Notes: generated by a model not told the origin, from the letters alone. Shown: positions 7,980-15,916, counted from the first letter of the stretch. The stretch: DNA of 16,749 bases from Candidatus Caldarchaeum sp. (GCA_038844785.1 JAWBRA010000031.1:1-16749), one strand, 5' to 3'. Translations and numbers: made by a program.

Positions 7980-8699
7980 TTACATCCCCAAATATTTTCT
8001 TACGAAAGCCTGTTTCGACAACCCTTCACGTATATCGCCGTCAAACACTATACGGCCGTTCGTAATTATGTACCCTCTGTCGCAGAGTTCAGCCGCTTGA
8101 GCAGTCCGTTGCTCGACTAGAAGTATAGACAGATCTTTCTTGTTTTCCATTATTTTCCGCAAGCCTGTAAAAATGCTTTTGACAAGTAGCGGAGCCAGCC
8201 CTGTGGAAGGCTCGTCGAGAAGCAGAAGCTTTGCATCTGTCATCAAAGCTCTTCCGATGGCCAGCATTTGCTGTTCGCCACCGCTCATCGTCCCAGCTTT
8301 TTGAAACTCTCTTTCCCTGAGTTTGGGGAAGATGCTGTAGACAAGTTCGAGGTTTTCCAAGGCTTTCTTCCTCGCCCTTGCGTTGAAGGCCCCTAGCAGC
8401 AGGTTTTCCTTTACAGTCATCTGTGGGAAAAGTTCTTTTTCAGCGAGTGCGAGGGCCACGCCCTCTCCGACAACTTTCTCAGGAGGCATGCCGTCGATTC
8501 GTTTCCCATCGAAGACTATTGAACCTTTTTTAGGTTTTACCAAGCCCGCGATAGTTTTAAGAAGGGTTGTTTTGCCAGCACCGTTGGGACCTAAAACGGC
8601 GACCACTTCTCCACGGTCTATGTTTATTGAAACATCCCAGAGAATTTGAATGTCGCCGTATCCAGCTGCAAGGTTATCCACTTTTAGAAGGCTGGACAA
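7980..8699 (-). CDS. livF: ABC transporter ATP-binding subunit (LivF-like)
   Basis: Walker A GPNGAGKT, signature MSGGEQQMLAIGRAL, LLLLDEPSTGLAP, VEQ switch. Likely start is TTG 8699 (MSSLLKVDNL) with GGTGAG upstream; the ORF track starts at 8723. Confidence 0.93.
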   Translation of the reverse strand: MSSLLKVDNLAAGYGDIQILWDVSINIDRGEVVAVLGPNGAGKTTLLKTIAGLVKPKKGSIVFDGKRIDGMPPEKVVGEGVALALAEKELFPQMTVKENLLLGAFNARARKKALENLELVYSIFPKLREREFQKAGTMSGGEQQMLAIGRALMTDAKLLLLDEPSTGLAPLLVKSIFTGLRKIMENKKDLSILLVEQRTAQAAELCDRGYIITNGRIVFDGDIREGLSKQAFVRKYLGM

Positions 8700-9438
8700 T
8701 TCTCTCACCCAAGTATGCTTCAATTACTTCTTCGTCGGCGACTATTTCTTCAGGCTTTCCCTCAGCTATCTTCACGCCTTGGTTTAGGACCGATACCTTG
8801 TCGGCTAGTGATGATACTGCGCTGATCACGTGCTCAACCCAAACGATTGTAAGGTTGTAGGTTTTTCTCAGTTCTTTGAAGAGCTCTATGGCGTCTTCTA
8901 TTTCGGCGGTGTTGAGGCCGCTCATGTACTCATCCACCATCAAAACCTTTGGTTTAGATGCTAGGGCTCTTGCGAGCTCCACTTTTTTCCTCTCCTGAAG
9001 GTTCAAAACAGCTGCTTTAAGGTTAGCTTTACTTGACAATCCAAACCTGTCCAAGAGTGTTGAAACATGTTTTTCCAGCTCTTCCATCGACATACGGCCG
9101 CTAAACAGCCCACCAGCCAAGACATTTTCCCAAACCGTCAAATCCTTAAACGGTCTAGGGATCTGAAGAGTTCTTCCAATACCGAGCCTAAAAACCTCGT
9201 AGGCAGGTTTTCCAGTTATGTCAACACCGTCGAGCAGAATCTTGCCTGATGAAGGCTTGTAGACGCCGTTTATCACGTTAAACAGCGTTGTTTTACCTGC
9301 TCCGTTAGGGCCGATGACGGCTCTGATCTCACCATCCTCAACCTCGATGTTAACGTTTCTCAGAGCCGGTAATCCGCCGAAAAACTTCGTCACATCAATG
9401 CACTTTAATATTATCTTTCCCAAACCATTCTCAACCAT
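8674..9438 (-). CDS. livG: ABC transporter ATP-binding subunit (LivG-like)
   Basis: 'KFFGGL.AL', GPNGAGKTT, 'GIGRTLQ..RPF', 'KKVELARALA..PKVLMVDE..SGL', VEH, C-terminal 'VIEAYLG'. Confidence 0.93.
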   Translation of the reverse strand: MVENGLGKIILKCIDVTKFFGGLPALRNVNIEVEDGEIRAVIGPNGAGKTTLFNVINGVYKPSSGKILLDGVDITGKPAYEVFRLGIGRTLQIPRPFKDLTVWENVLAGGLFSGRMSMEELEKHVSTLLDRFGLSSKANLKAAVLNLQERKKVELARALASKPKVLMVDEYMSGLNTAEIEDAIELFKELRKTYNLTIVWVEHVISAVSSLADKVSVLNQGVKIAEGKPEEIVADEEVIEAYLGERIVQPSKSG

Positions 9439-9449
9439 CTTCTCGTCGG

Positions 9450-9468
9450 AAAAAAGAAAGATAAAAAG
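9450..9468 (-). terminator. Oligo-T tract downstream of the binding-protein gene (candidate partial intrinsic terminator)
   Basis: Minus strand after the TAA reads CATCTTTTTATCTTTCTTTTTTCC in the 33-nt livK-livG gap; archaeal intrinsic termination uses oligo-U. Confidence 0.5.
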
Positions 9469-9471
9469 ATG

Positions 9472-10686
9472 TTATTTAGGTGGAACGTATGGTTCAACCG
9501 GCGGCGATGTGTAAAGGGTTTCAAGCACCCAGTTTGCTCCCGGGTTAACTTGACCCGGGTCTCCTCTTTTAATCACAGCAAGCCGCATCGCCGGCTTCTT
9601 GATCTCGCCCCACTCGGTGTAGGACAACGGCCATGCGAATATGGGATGGTTGAATTCATGTGTGCGGATATGGTTGGCAACAACAGCGGGGTCTGTTGAC
9701 CTTGTTTTTTCGACGGCGTCCGCGATCAACATCACGGTGACGTATCCAGATACCGCGTTATGGTCGAAGTATTTACCGTATTTCTGGTAAAATTTCACCG
9801 CTAGGTCACGGTATTGAGGCGTTTCTATGTTCACGCATGTGGTTGTAACAAGCTTGTTGAGGCCTATATCTCCGACCCCTCTAAGCATGAGCTCAGGCGG
9901 CTGGACTGACGCTATGTAATAGGCTGATTGGAAACCGAGTTCTATGGCTTGCTTGGTGATGACGGGGAACCCAGGCGGATGGCCGGTCAGTATCATGATC
10001 TCTGGCTGGAGGGATTGAAGCTTCCGAAGAACAGTTGTGAAGTCGGTTTCACCCAGAGGTGCTTCCTCAATCTGGAACTGCACTCCCGGAATTTCCCTCA
10101 GCCTTTTCTCCAAAACCTCCTTGATGGCAAAACCCCATTCATAGCTGGCTATAACCACGCCGACTTTTTTATAGCCCTTGTCGCGGACAAAGTTGGCGAG
10201 AAGCTCGCCGTTAGTAGGAGCGGGCGGCAAACAGGTTCTAAACGTGTAGCGGGAATCCTTGGTTAAGATTGTGTGTGAGCCGGCTGCTATGAGGAAAAGC
10301 GGAACCTTCGCCTGCTCCGCTTCAGCCGTCAAAACGGCGCCTATTCCGCTCGAAATAGTCCCCACCACAGCGGTTACATGGTCAATCTCCGCCATCCTTT
10401 TAAATATCGCCACAGCCTCCTTCGCGTCGTTTTTTTCGTCAGCCTCGATGAGAACGAGCTTCGCCCCCAGAATGCCTCCTTTGGCGTTTATTTCGTCGAC
10501 AGCAAACCGCATACCATTAAGTGTGTAGTCACCGTAGATAGCGAAAGGGCCTGTCAAAGGAACAAGGGCCCCTATCTTCACTTCAGATACTTCAAGTCTT
10601 TGCTGTGAAAGAAACAGGAAGACACCAGATGCCGCGACAGCTACTATGACTACGGAAATAATAGCAACAAATACTGATTTTTTCAT
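9472..10686 (-). CDS. ABC transporter substrate-binding protein (LivK/LivJ-like, type 1 PBP), N-terminally anchored
   Basis: N-terminal hydrophobic helix; 'VKIGALVPLTGPFAIYG', 'AVDEINAKGGILG', 'AVVGTISS', 'YTFRT', 'TDFTT.L.KL'. Confidence 0.92.
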   Translation of the reverse strand: MKKSVFVAIISVVIVAVAASGVFLFLSQQRLEVSEVKIGALVPLTGPFAIYGDYTLNGMRFAVDEINAKGGILGAKLVLIEADEKNDAKEAVAIFKRMAEIDHVTAVVGTISSGIGAVLTAEAEQAKVPLFLIAAGSHTILTKDSRYTFRTCLPPAPTNGELLANFVRDKGYKKVGVVIASYEWGFAIKEVLEKRLREIPGVQFQIEEAPLGETDFTTVLRKLQSLQPEIMILTGHPPGFPVITKQAIELGFQSAYYIASVQPPELMLRGVGDIGLNKLVTTTCVNIETPQYRDLAVKFYQKYGKYFDHNAVSGYVTVMLIADAVEKTRSTDPAVVANHIRTHEFNHPIFAWPLSYTEWGEIKKPAMRLAVIKRGDPGQVNPGANWVLETLYTSPPVEPYVPPK

Positions 10687-10710
10687 GGTTTTTCTACCAT
10701 TAGTGGTTGC

Positions 10711-10724
10711 TTTTAAATTTTTGC
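10711..10724 (-). promoter_or_regulatory. Candidate internal TATA/BRE promoter for the transporter genes
   Basis: Minus strand GCAAAAATTTAAAA overlaps the LLM stop codon, about 25 nt upstream of the SBP ATG (10686); no SD sequence. Confidence 0.45.
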
Positions 10725-11705
10725 GTTGTAAATACGTGAATAAAGATCTTGCGTGATTCTAAGAAGCTGTGTCTTTTCAAACGTCACTGGGTTAAGAACT
10801 ATCCAGTCAACACCCTCAAGAGACATGATGCGTTTCTTAATTTTTTCCGCAACCTCGTCAACGGTGCCGTAGAGGTAATAGTTTTTCCAATACTCAAGAT
10901 TCATACCTGAGTATAGAGAGAAGCGTTTTACGGCTTCGTTGTCATCCTCCCCAGGACTACGGATGTAGACAAAGTTTGAATATATCTTTGTTATTCTATA
11001 GGGGTCGCGCCCCAGCTCCGCTGCATATTTCTTCAGTTTCTCCCAATCCTGCGCCGCCATCTCTGGCGTTACGCTTGAATGCGGAATCCATCCATCCGCA
11101 AACTTGGCTATGCGTAAAAGAACCTTGTCAACTCCCTTTGCAGCAGTGCCGTAAAGAATTTCGTGCGGCTGGCTTCCGCCGCCAATCCAGACGGGAGGAT
11201 GTGGTTTCTGGACTGGTTTAGGCTCAAGAACAAGATCTTTCACGTTAAAATATCTGCCCTCAAAAGTTGTTCTATATTCTGTCCAAAGCTTTTTGAGAAG
11301 AGCAAGGTATTCATCCATTATCGCGCCCCGTTTTTCCAGCGGGGTGTTGAGCAGTTTGAATTCGTCGACGTTCCAGCCCACACCCGCTCCAAGAACAAAT
11401 CTCCCGCCAGAATAAACGTCCAGAGACGCTGTCTGTTTTGCGACGAGATAGGGATTCCTAAGAGGTAGCACCATCACCATAGGGCCTACAACGGCGTTCT
11501 TTGTCGCTGCCGCGACGAAAGAGAGGGCAATTAACGGGTCGTGCCAGCTCGTTGAATACGCGGGCCGCGATGTAAGCAGATGGTCGATGACGAAGAATCC
11601 CTGAACACCGAGTTGTTCGGCCTCAGCGACGTAGTTTCTTAAGACCTCTCCCGATGAAAAATCACCAGGCCGTGTATATGTTGGAAGACGGAGACCGAGC
11701 TTCAT
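10713..11705 (-). CDS. Luciferase-like (LLM) oxidoreductase, probably F420-dependent (Rv2161c-like)
   Basis: 330 aa TIM-barrel motifs: 'FVIDHL', 'DPLIALSFVAAAT', 'LPLRNP..VAKQ.ASLD..SGGR..LGAGVGW...EF', 'PKPVQKPHPPVWIGG', 'ADGW'. 1-nt gap after the enamidase stop. Confidence 0.88.
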   Translation of the reverse strand: MKLGLRLPTYTRPGDFSSGEVLRNYVAEAEQLGVQGFFVIDHLLTSRPAYSTSWHDPLIALSFVAAATKNAVVGPMVMVLPLRNPYLVAKQTASLDVYSGGRFVLGAGVGWNVDEFKLLNTPLEKRGAIMDEYLALLKKLWTEYRTTFEGRYFNVKDLVLEPKPVQKPHPPVWIGGGSQPHEILYGTAAKGVDKVLLRIAKFADGWIPHSSVTPEMAAQDWEKLKKYAAELGRDPYRITKIYSNFVYIRSPGEDDNEAVKRFSLYSGMNLEYWKNYYLYGTVDEVAEKIKKRIMSLEGVDWIVLNPVTFEKTQLLRITQDLYSRIYNAKI

Positions 11706-11706
11706 T

Positions 11707-12891
11707 CTAATGACCTCCCTCGGGAATCCGAGCCGCTCCTTCGGTCTTTATCTGCCTCGTTGGAGGAGGTGTCATTCGACTGCGGCCTACACGTGGAATA
11801 CCGTCAACCATCACCATCGCGATGCCAGGAATGTCGCCGACTGAAAACGCTTCGAGAGCATCCTTGCCGACCGAGCCGTAGGGCGCATCAACGACTAAAA
11901 GGTCTGCAGGTCTCTCAGGTTCGAGAATGCCTTCATTCAGTCCAAAGGCTTTGGCTGTGTTGCCTGTCGCGGCGCAAACGACTTTCTCAGCCTCGACGCT
12001 GGTGTTGGATGCGATAAAGGAAATAGTCCTTATTATTCCTAAGGGAATAACACCGGTTCCTGAGGGGGCATCGTTTCCAATTATCAATCTGTTCAGCTGG
12101 TTACGTGACTGGAGTATTCTGACTGTTTCTATCATGGATTTGAAGTTACCACATTGGACAACTTCGATGGCTGAATCTGTGTCTTCGATTATTTTCCGGA
12201 TGTCTGTTAGGGATGGTGATGTGGGTCCTCCATTAATGTGTGACACGACGTTTGGCTTTACCTTCATGACTACTTCGGCGTTGATTATTGTACTGCCTGG
12301 TATTGAAGCTCCGCCTGTGTGGATTACTACTTTCATACCGTGTTTCTGGGCTATTCTCACTAAAGCAGCGGCTTCATCTGGGTCTTGAACGCTTCCAAGA
12401 CCAACTTCACCAACCAGCCAGACACCGGCCTTCACCACCTCTTCAAAATCAGCTTCAACCAACCCCTTCTCAAGTAACAAAGCACCGGCGTGAATCTTCG
12501 CCCCAAGAGGCCGGAGGTTTTTAAAGGTTTTGTGGGCTAAGATTGCAAGGGCCTTCGCTGCTTCCTTATCACCACGTGGCCTACCCGGCAGATGCACTTC
12601 ACCCGCTGAGATGAATGTCGTCACACCTCCGTTGACCGAAGATTCTATAAAGCCGAGAGTGTTTTGCCTTGGTGTGAAATCTCCGAAAACCGGGTGAACA
12701 TGGGAATCAAACAGTCCGGGAATCACCGTCATGTTGTTGACGTCAAAGACCCCGTCGGCTTGGCGTGAAATGTTCCAACCGATTTCCTCTATGACTCCAT
12801 TGCTGATGTATATGCTGTCGCCGCTGACTACAGGCTTGTCGATGTTTCCCGAAACTATTTTTCCAATGTTTTTAATCAGAATGGTTTTCAT
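11707..12891 (-). CDS. ena: Enamidase (amidohydrolase superfamily), homolog of Eubacterium barkeri Ena
   Basis: Colinear with Ena as recalled: 'IKNIGKIVSG', 'PGL.D.HVH...GD..PRQ', 'GGVTT.ISAG..H.PGRP', 'GVW.VGEVGLG', 'HTGG.SIPGS', 'VVSHINGGPT', 'E.VQCGN', 'GNDAPSGTG.IPLG', 'GDIPGI', 'SR.TPP'. The HxH, E, H, H, D binuclear metal ligands are all present. Confidence 0.88.
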   Translation of the reverse strand: MKTILIKNIGKIVSGNIDKPVVSGDSIYISNGVIEEIGWNISRQADGVFDVNNMTVIPGLFDSHVHPVFGDFTPRQNTLGFIESSVNGGVTTFISAGEVHLPGRPRGDKEAAKALAILAHKTFKNLRPLGAKIHAGALLLEKGLVEADFEEVVKAGVWLVGEVGLGSVQDPDEAAALVRIAQKHGMKVVIHTGGASIPGSTIINAEVVMKVKPNVVSHINGGPTSPSLTDIRKIIEDTDSAIEVVQCGNFKSMIETVRILQSRNQLNRLIIGNDAPSGTGVIPLGIIRTISFIASNTSVEAEKVVCAATGNTAKAFGLNEGILEPERPADLLVVDAPYGSVGKDALEAFSVGDIPGIAMVMVDGIPRVGRSRMTPPPTRQIKTEGAARIPEGGH

Positions 12892-12894
12892 TCG

Positions 12895-15234
12895 TCATCC
12901 ATTTGTTCTCAACTTATTTTTATTGTTTTTCATGCTTTCCCAAAGTTGTTGAGATGAGATGTGCGACCGGTTTATTCGGATTTTTAAAGCATCCTCAACA
13001 GCATTGGCTATTGCAGCTGCAACAGGTATCAACGGACCTTCACCCATACCTTTAGACCCAAGTTCAGAAAACAAAGACGGAGTCTCCAGATGGTCGACTA
13101 AAATCTCCGGGGTCTCAACAGATGTGGGCAAAAGATAATCGACGAAAGACGATGTCAAAATCTGTCCATTCACATCGTAAACAATTCTTTCATAAAGGGT
13201 TGCGCCAATCCCCTGCACTATCCCGCCCACTATTTGGCCGTCGACGATTTGTTTGTTCAAGATTTTGCCGCAGTCATGGACTGCGACGTACCGTAGTATT
13301 GTCGGTTTGAATGTTTCGGGATCAATTTGCACTATTGCGATATGCGTGGAGATACCGTAAGTGGCTGACATGTTGATTTCGCCTGCAACACCTGTGTTGA
13401 ATGTTGGGAAGTCAAAGAAATGTTCAGCCTGAAGTGAGGTGTGGTTACGTGTTTTGACGTTGTCGCGGTATGCTTTTGCGGCAAGCTGTTCTAACGAGAT
13501 GGAGGAGTCCGACCCTTTTACATAAATTGTTCCGCCGCGGATTTCCAGATCGTTTGCAGAGGTTTCGAGAAGTTCGGAAGCTATTGATAGGATACTGCGT
13601 TTTAGTTTCTCGGCGGCTTTTTTCACAGCAGCCGTCGTCATCACGCTGAACCTACTTGCCCAAGTTCCTCCGTAGGGGCTTGGGTAAACTACGTCGGAAT
13701 CGCCGAAAACAATTTTAACATGCTCAGGCTTTACGTTCAGGGTTTCGCAGACTATTTGTGTGAGGACGGTTTCATGGCCTTGACCCTGTGGAATCGATGC
13801 CGCGTAAACAGTTATGGTTCCCGATTCTTCGAGGCGAACTATCGCTCCTTCCCCTGAGCCAGACGTTTCAAGATGGGGGAAGAGAAGTTTGTTCCGTGCA
13901 AGGTTCGTTACCGCAGGTTCTACAACACACGCTATTCCTATCCCCACGTTTTGTTTACCCGCGAATTTTTCGGGCTCGGCAAGTTTCCACGCTCTTTCTA
14001 ACACTGCTTTATAGTCACCGCCATCATACAAACTGCCGAAAACTGTTCGGTACGGCTGTTGACTTTTGTCGACCATGTTTCGGAAACGGATTTCAAGAGG
14101 AGATAATCCGACCTGCTTCGCCACAATATCCATCATTCTTTCCAAGACAAAGTATGCCTGCTGACATCCATAGCCACGGACAGGGCCCGTAGGACATTTG
14201 TTAGTAAATACCACTTTCAACTCGACGTCAACATTACGAATGTCGTAGCAGCCGAGATAAGTCATCAACGAACGCACCACCCCTCCTGGGTCTGGAAGAC
14301 GAGCGTAGGCCCCCACATCCTCAATGAACCTCGTCCTGTACGCAGTAATTTTCCCATCACGTTTAACCGCCATTTCAGCATGAGCTATTCGGTTAGAGTT
14401 ATGAGCCATGGCTGCAATATGTTCTGAACGTGTTTCGAACCATTTCACGGGTAGTCCAGTATGCATGGCTGCGAAAGCTACAAGAAAGACAATCGGATAG
14501 AGCATTATTTTGACGCCGAAACCTCCACCGATGTCTCGTTGAATCAGCCTGATTCGCTCCGGCTTAATTCCGAGAGAGCGTGCGACAATACTACGAAACA
14601 GAAGAGGAGTTTGCTGATTATCGTATATGTTCAGCTTCCCATCCTTCTCCGGTTTTACTACTACCCCACATGTTTCAATTGGACATGCTGCATACCGTTC
14701 GAAAATGAATTTTTCAGAAACAATTTCATCAGCTTCGTCAAACATCTTTTCAACATCGCCAAACTTGAAACGTTGGCTTACGGCGATGTTTGTCCCAAGG
14801 TTTTCATGTATAAATGTGGACGAGCTAAGCGATTCTTCTGGGTCTACAACAGGGGGGAGAGGCTCGTAATCGACGTATACTTTTTCGGCAGCGTCCAAGG
14901 CATCTTCCAACGATTTAGCGAGCACCATGGCTACGGGCTCGCCGTAGAACCTAACTTTATCAACCGCTATCCCATAGTAAGCAACATCTTTGATGAGTGT
15001 ATAGAGAGGCTTTGTCTTAAAAGCTATAGTTTTTCCGTCAAAAACAGCGTCGGCGGTTTTTAAGGCTTCGGAAAAATCGGTTGAGAGAATTCGTGCGTGA
15101 GGGTAGGGACTTCTTACAAAAACCAAGTGAAGCATCTTTGGGAAAGAAATGTCGTCGACATATACCGCCTGACCGCGTAGAAATCTTGGATCCTCGACTC
15201 TTCTGCTTAATTTCAACCTTTTTAAGGTTTCCAA
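12895..15234 (-). CDS. Xanthine dehydrogenase/CoxL-family molybdopterin-binding large subunit (heteroaromatic hydroxylase; HmfA-like motifs)
   Basis: 779 aa, TTG start. 'RRVEDPRFL.G...YVDD', 'VRSPYPHARI', 'IGGGFGVK', active-site loop 'GPVRGYG', 'QGQGHET', 'ASR', 'DCG..LN...VDGQI.GG..QG.G', and 'KGMGEG' with the catalytic Glu. Confidence 0.93.
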   Translation of the reverse strand: METLKRLKLSRRVEDPRFLRGQAVYVDDISFPKMLHLVFVRSPYPHARILSTDFSEALKTADAVFDGKTIAFKTKPLYTLIKDVAYYGIAVDKVRFYGEPVAMVLAKSLEDALDAAEKVYVDYEPLPPVVDPEESLSSSTFIHENLGTNIAVSQRFKFGDVEKMFDEADEIVSEKFIFERYAACPIETCGVVVKPEKDGKLNIYDNQQTPLLFRSIVARSLGIKPERIRLIQRDIGGGFGVKIMLYPIVFLVAFAAMHTGLPVKWFETRSEHIAAMAHNSNRIAHAEMAVKRDGKITAYRTRFIEDVGAYARLPDPGGVVRSLMTYLGCYDIRNVDVELKVVFTNKCPTGPVRGYGCQQAYFVLERMMDIVAKQVGLSPLEIRFRNMVDKSQQPYRTVFGSLYDGGDYKAVLERAWKLAEPEKFAGKQNVGIGIACVVEPAVTNLARNKLLFPHLETSGSGEGAIVRLEESGTITVYAASIPQGQGHETVLTQIVCETLNVKPEHVKIVFGDSDVVYPSPYGGTWASRFSVMTTAAVKKAAEKLKRSILSIASELLETSANDLEIRGGTIYVKGSDSSISLEQLAAKAYRDNVKTRNHTSLQAEHFFDFPTFNTGVAGEINMSATYGISTHIAIVQIDPETFKPTILRYVAVHDCGKILNKQIVDGQIVGGIVQGIGATLYERIVYDVNGQILTSSFVDYLLPTSVETPEILVDHLETPSLFSELGSKGMGEGPLIPVAAAIANAVEDALKIRINRSHISSQQLWESMKNNKNKLRTNG

Positions 15235-15243
15235 GCGAATTTT

Positions 15244-15492
15244 TTACCCTTTCCAACACGAGTCGTGGGAGACGTTGTTACCTGTTATCATAGCCTGTGT
15301 CACCTCAACCATTGTGGCAGCCAACACACGAAGACCTGTAGCATTCTCATCAACCTGTAGCGTCTAGCCCAGTCAAGCACACATTCAATAGCAGAGCCTG
15401 AAGCGGGAGCTCTCCCCCTCAACGCAGTGGATAACACCACAATCCACAAAAACAACCTCAACAACCCTCGACTCACCCACATAGCTCTTCAT
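15244..15492 (-). pseudogene. Probable degraded PIN/VapC gene remnant
   Basis: ATG 15492 overlaps the preceding TGA (ATGA coupling) and reads MKSYVGESRVVEVVFVDCGVIHCVEG. Later frames give 'WARRYRL' and 'VLAATM...ITGN', reminiscent of PIN N- and C-terminal motifs with the middle deleted. Confidence 0.4.
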
Positions 15493-15916
15493 AACTCAGA
15501 CATCTGAGACAAGACCACCTCCTCGAGGTTGGAAAGGGTGAGCCGGCGATCGGACGGCCAATAAGGTTTGGGGTTGAATTTACGAAGCCGCTCAAACTTC
15601 TCTTGCTCTGAGCCCAGCTCTTGCCACAGCCTGAGCTTGGCGAACGATGCAATGCATACAGACCTTGGGTTTACTCCAAGCCTTTTGAGCTCATATGAAA
15701 GCTGTTCCAATCTTTCTACCTCAGCAACCAGCTTCTCACCTTTGTAAGCTCGATATGTTTGAGATGAGGGGGATGCTCTAAACGGTCCAAAAGCTACTTA
15801 AGATCTTCCTCAACAGGTCTTGAAAGAGCACCTCTTCTAGACCCATAACGCTCCTTGACCACCCGACGAAGCCTCTTGAGCGTCTCCTAGGAGAGGGAGA
15901 CGGTCAGCTTAACCAC
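15489..15916 (-). pseudogene. Degraded RHH-type antitoxin-like gene(s)
   Basis: From GTG 15916: MVKLTVSLS*ETLKRLRRVVKERYGSRRGALSRPVEEDLK*LLDRLE, with TAG at 15889-15887 and 15796-15794. A frameshift near the run at 15768-15772 leads into 'TYRAYKGEKLVAEVERLEQLSYELKRLGVNPRSV', which runs on to TGA 15489. Shares the 'R(F/Y)G..(K/R)GALS' motif with 1039-1326. Confidence 0.65.

Noticed and set aside
11707-12891. Dihydropyrimidinase or adenine deaminase (pyrimidine/purine pathway reading)
   Set aside because: Enamidase-specific motifs (GDxxPRQ, GEVGLG, SHINGGPT, GNDAPSGTG) fit much better, and no ureidopropionase or barbiturase is present. A pyrimidine-like substrate cannot be fully excluded.
12895-15234. 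Aerobic CO dehydrogenase large subunit (coxL)
   Set aside because: Lacks the Cu-binding AYxCSFR loop (has PVRGYG), and no cox accessory genes are present.
4077-15293. Numerous antisense or alternate-frame ORFs (e.g. 14461-15063, 11927-12388, 13788-14192, 5668-6045, 6633-6977)
   Set aside because: They are shadows of well-supported genes and have no recognisable motifs.
15278-15310. Minus-strand 'TGYDN' resembling the CRCTGY motif of a 2Fe-2S small subunit upstream of the Mo subunit
   Set aside because: Needs a frameshift to obtain the Cys, is flanked by stops, and no other CoxS motifs (CGxC, GCxxGxCG) are nearby; probably chance.
581-15889. Amber (TAG) read-through or recoding, since three in-frame TAGs interrupt otherwise plausible genes (581-583, 15794-15796, 15887-15889)
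   Set aside because: The same genes also carry frameshifts or other stops, TAG is used as a true stop (enamidase), and no pyl machinery is visible; ordinary decay explains it.
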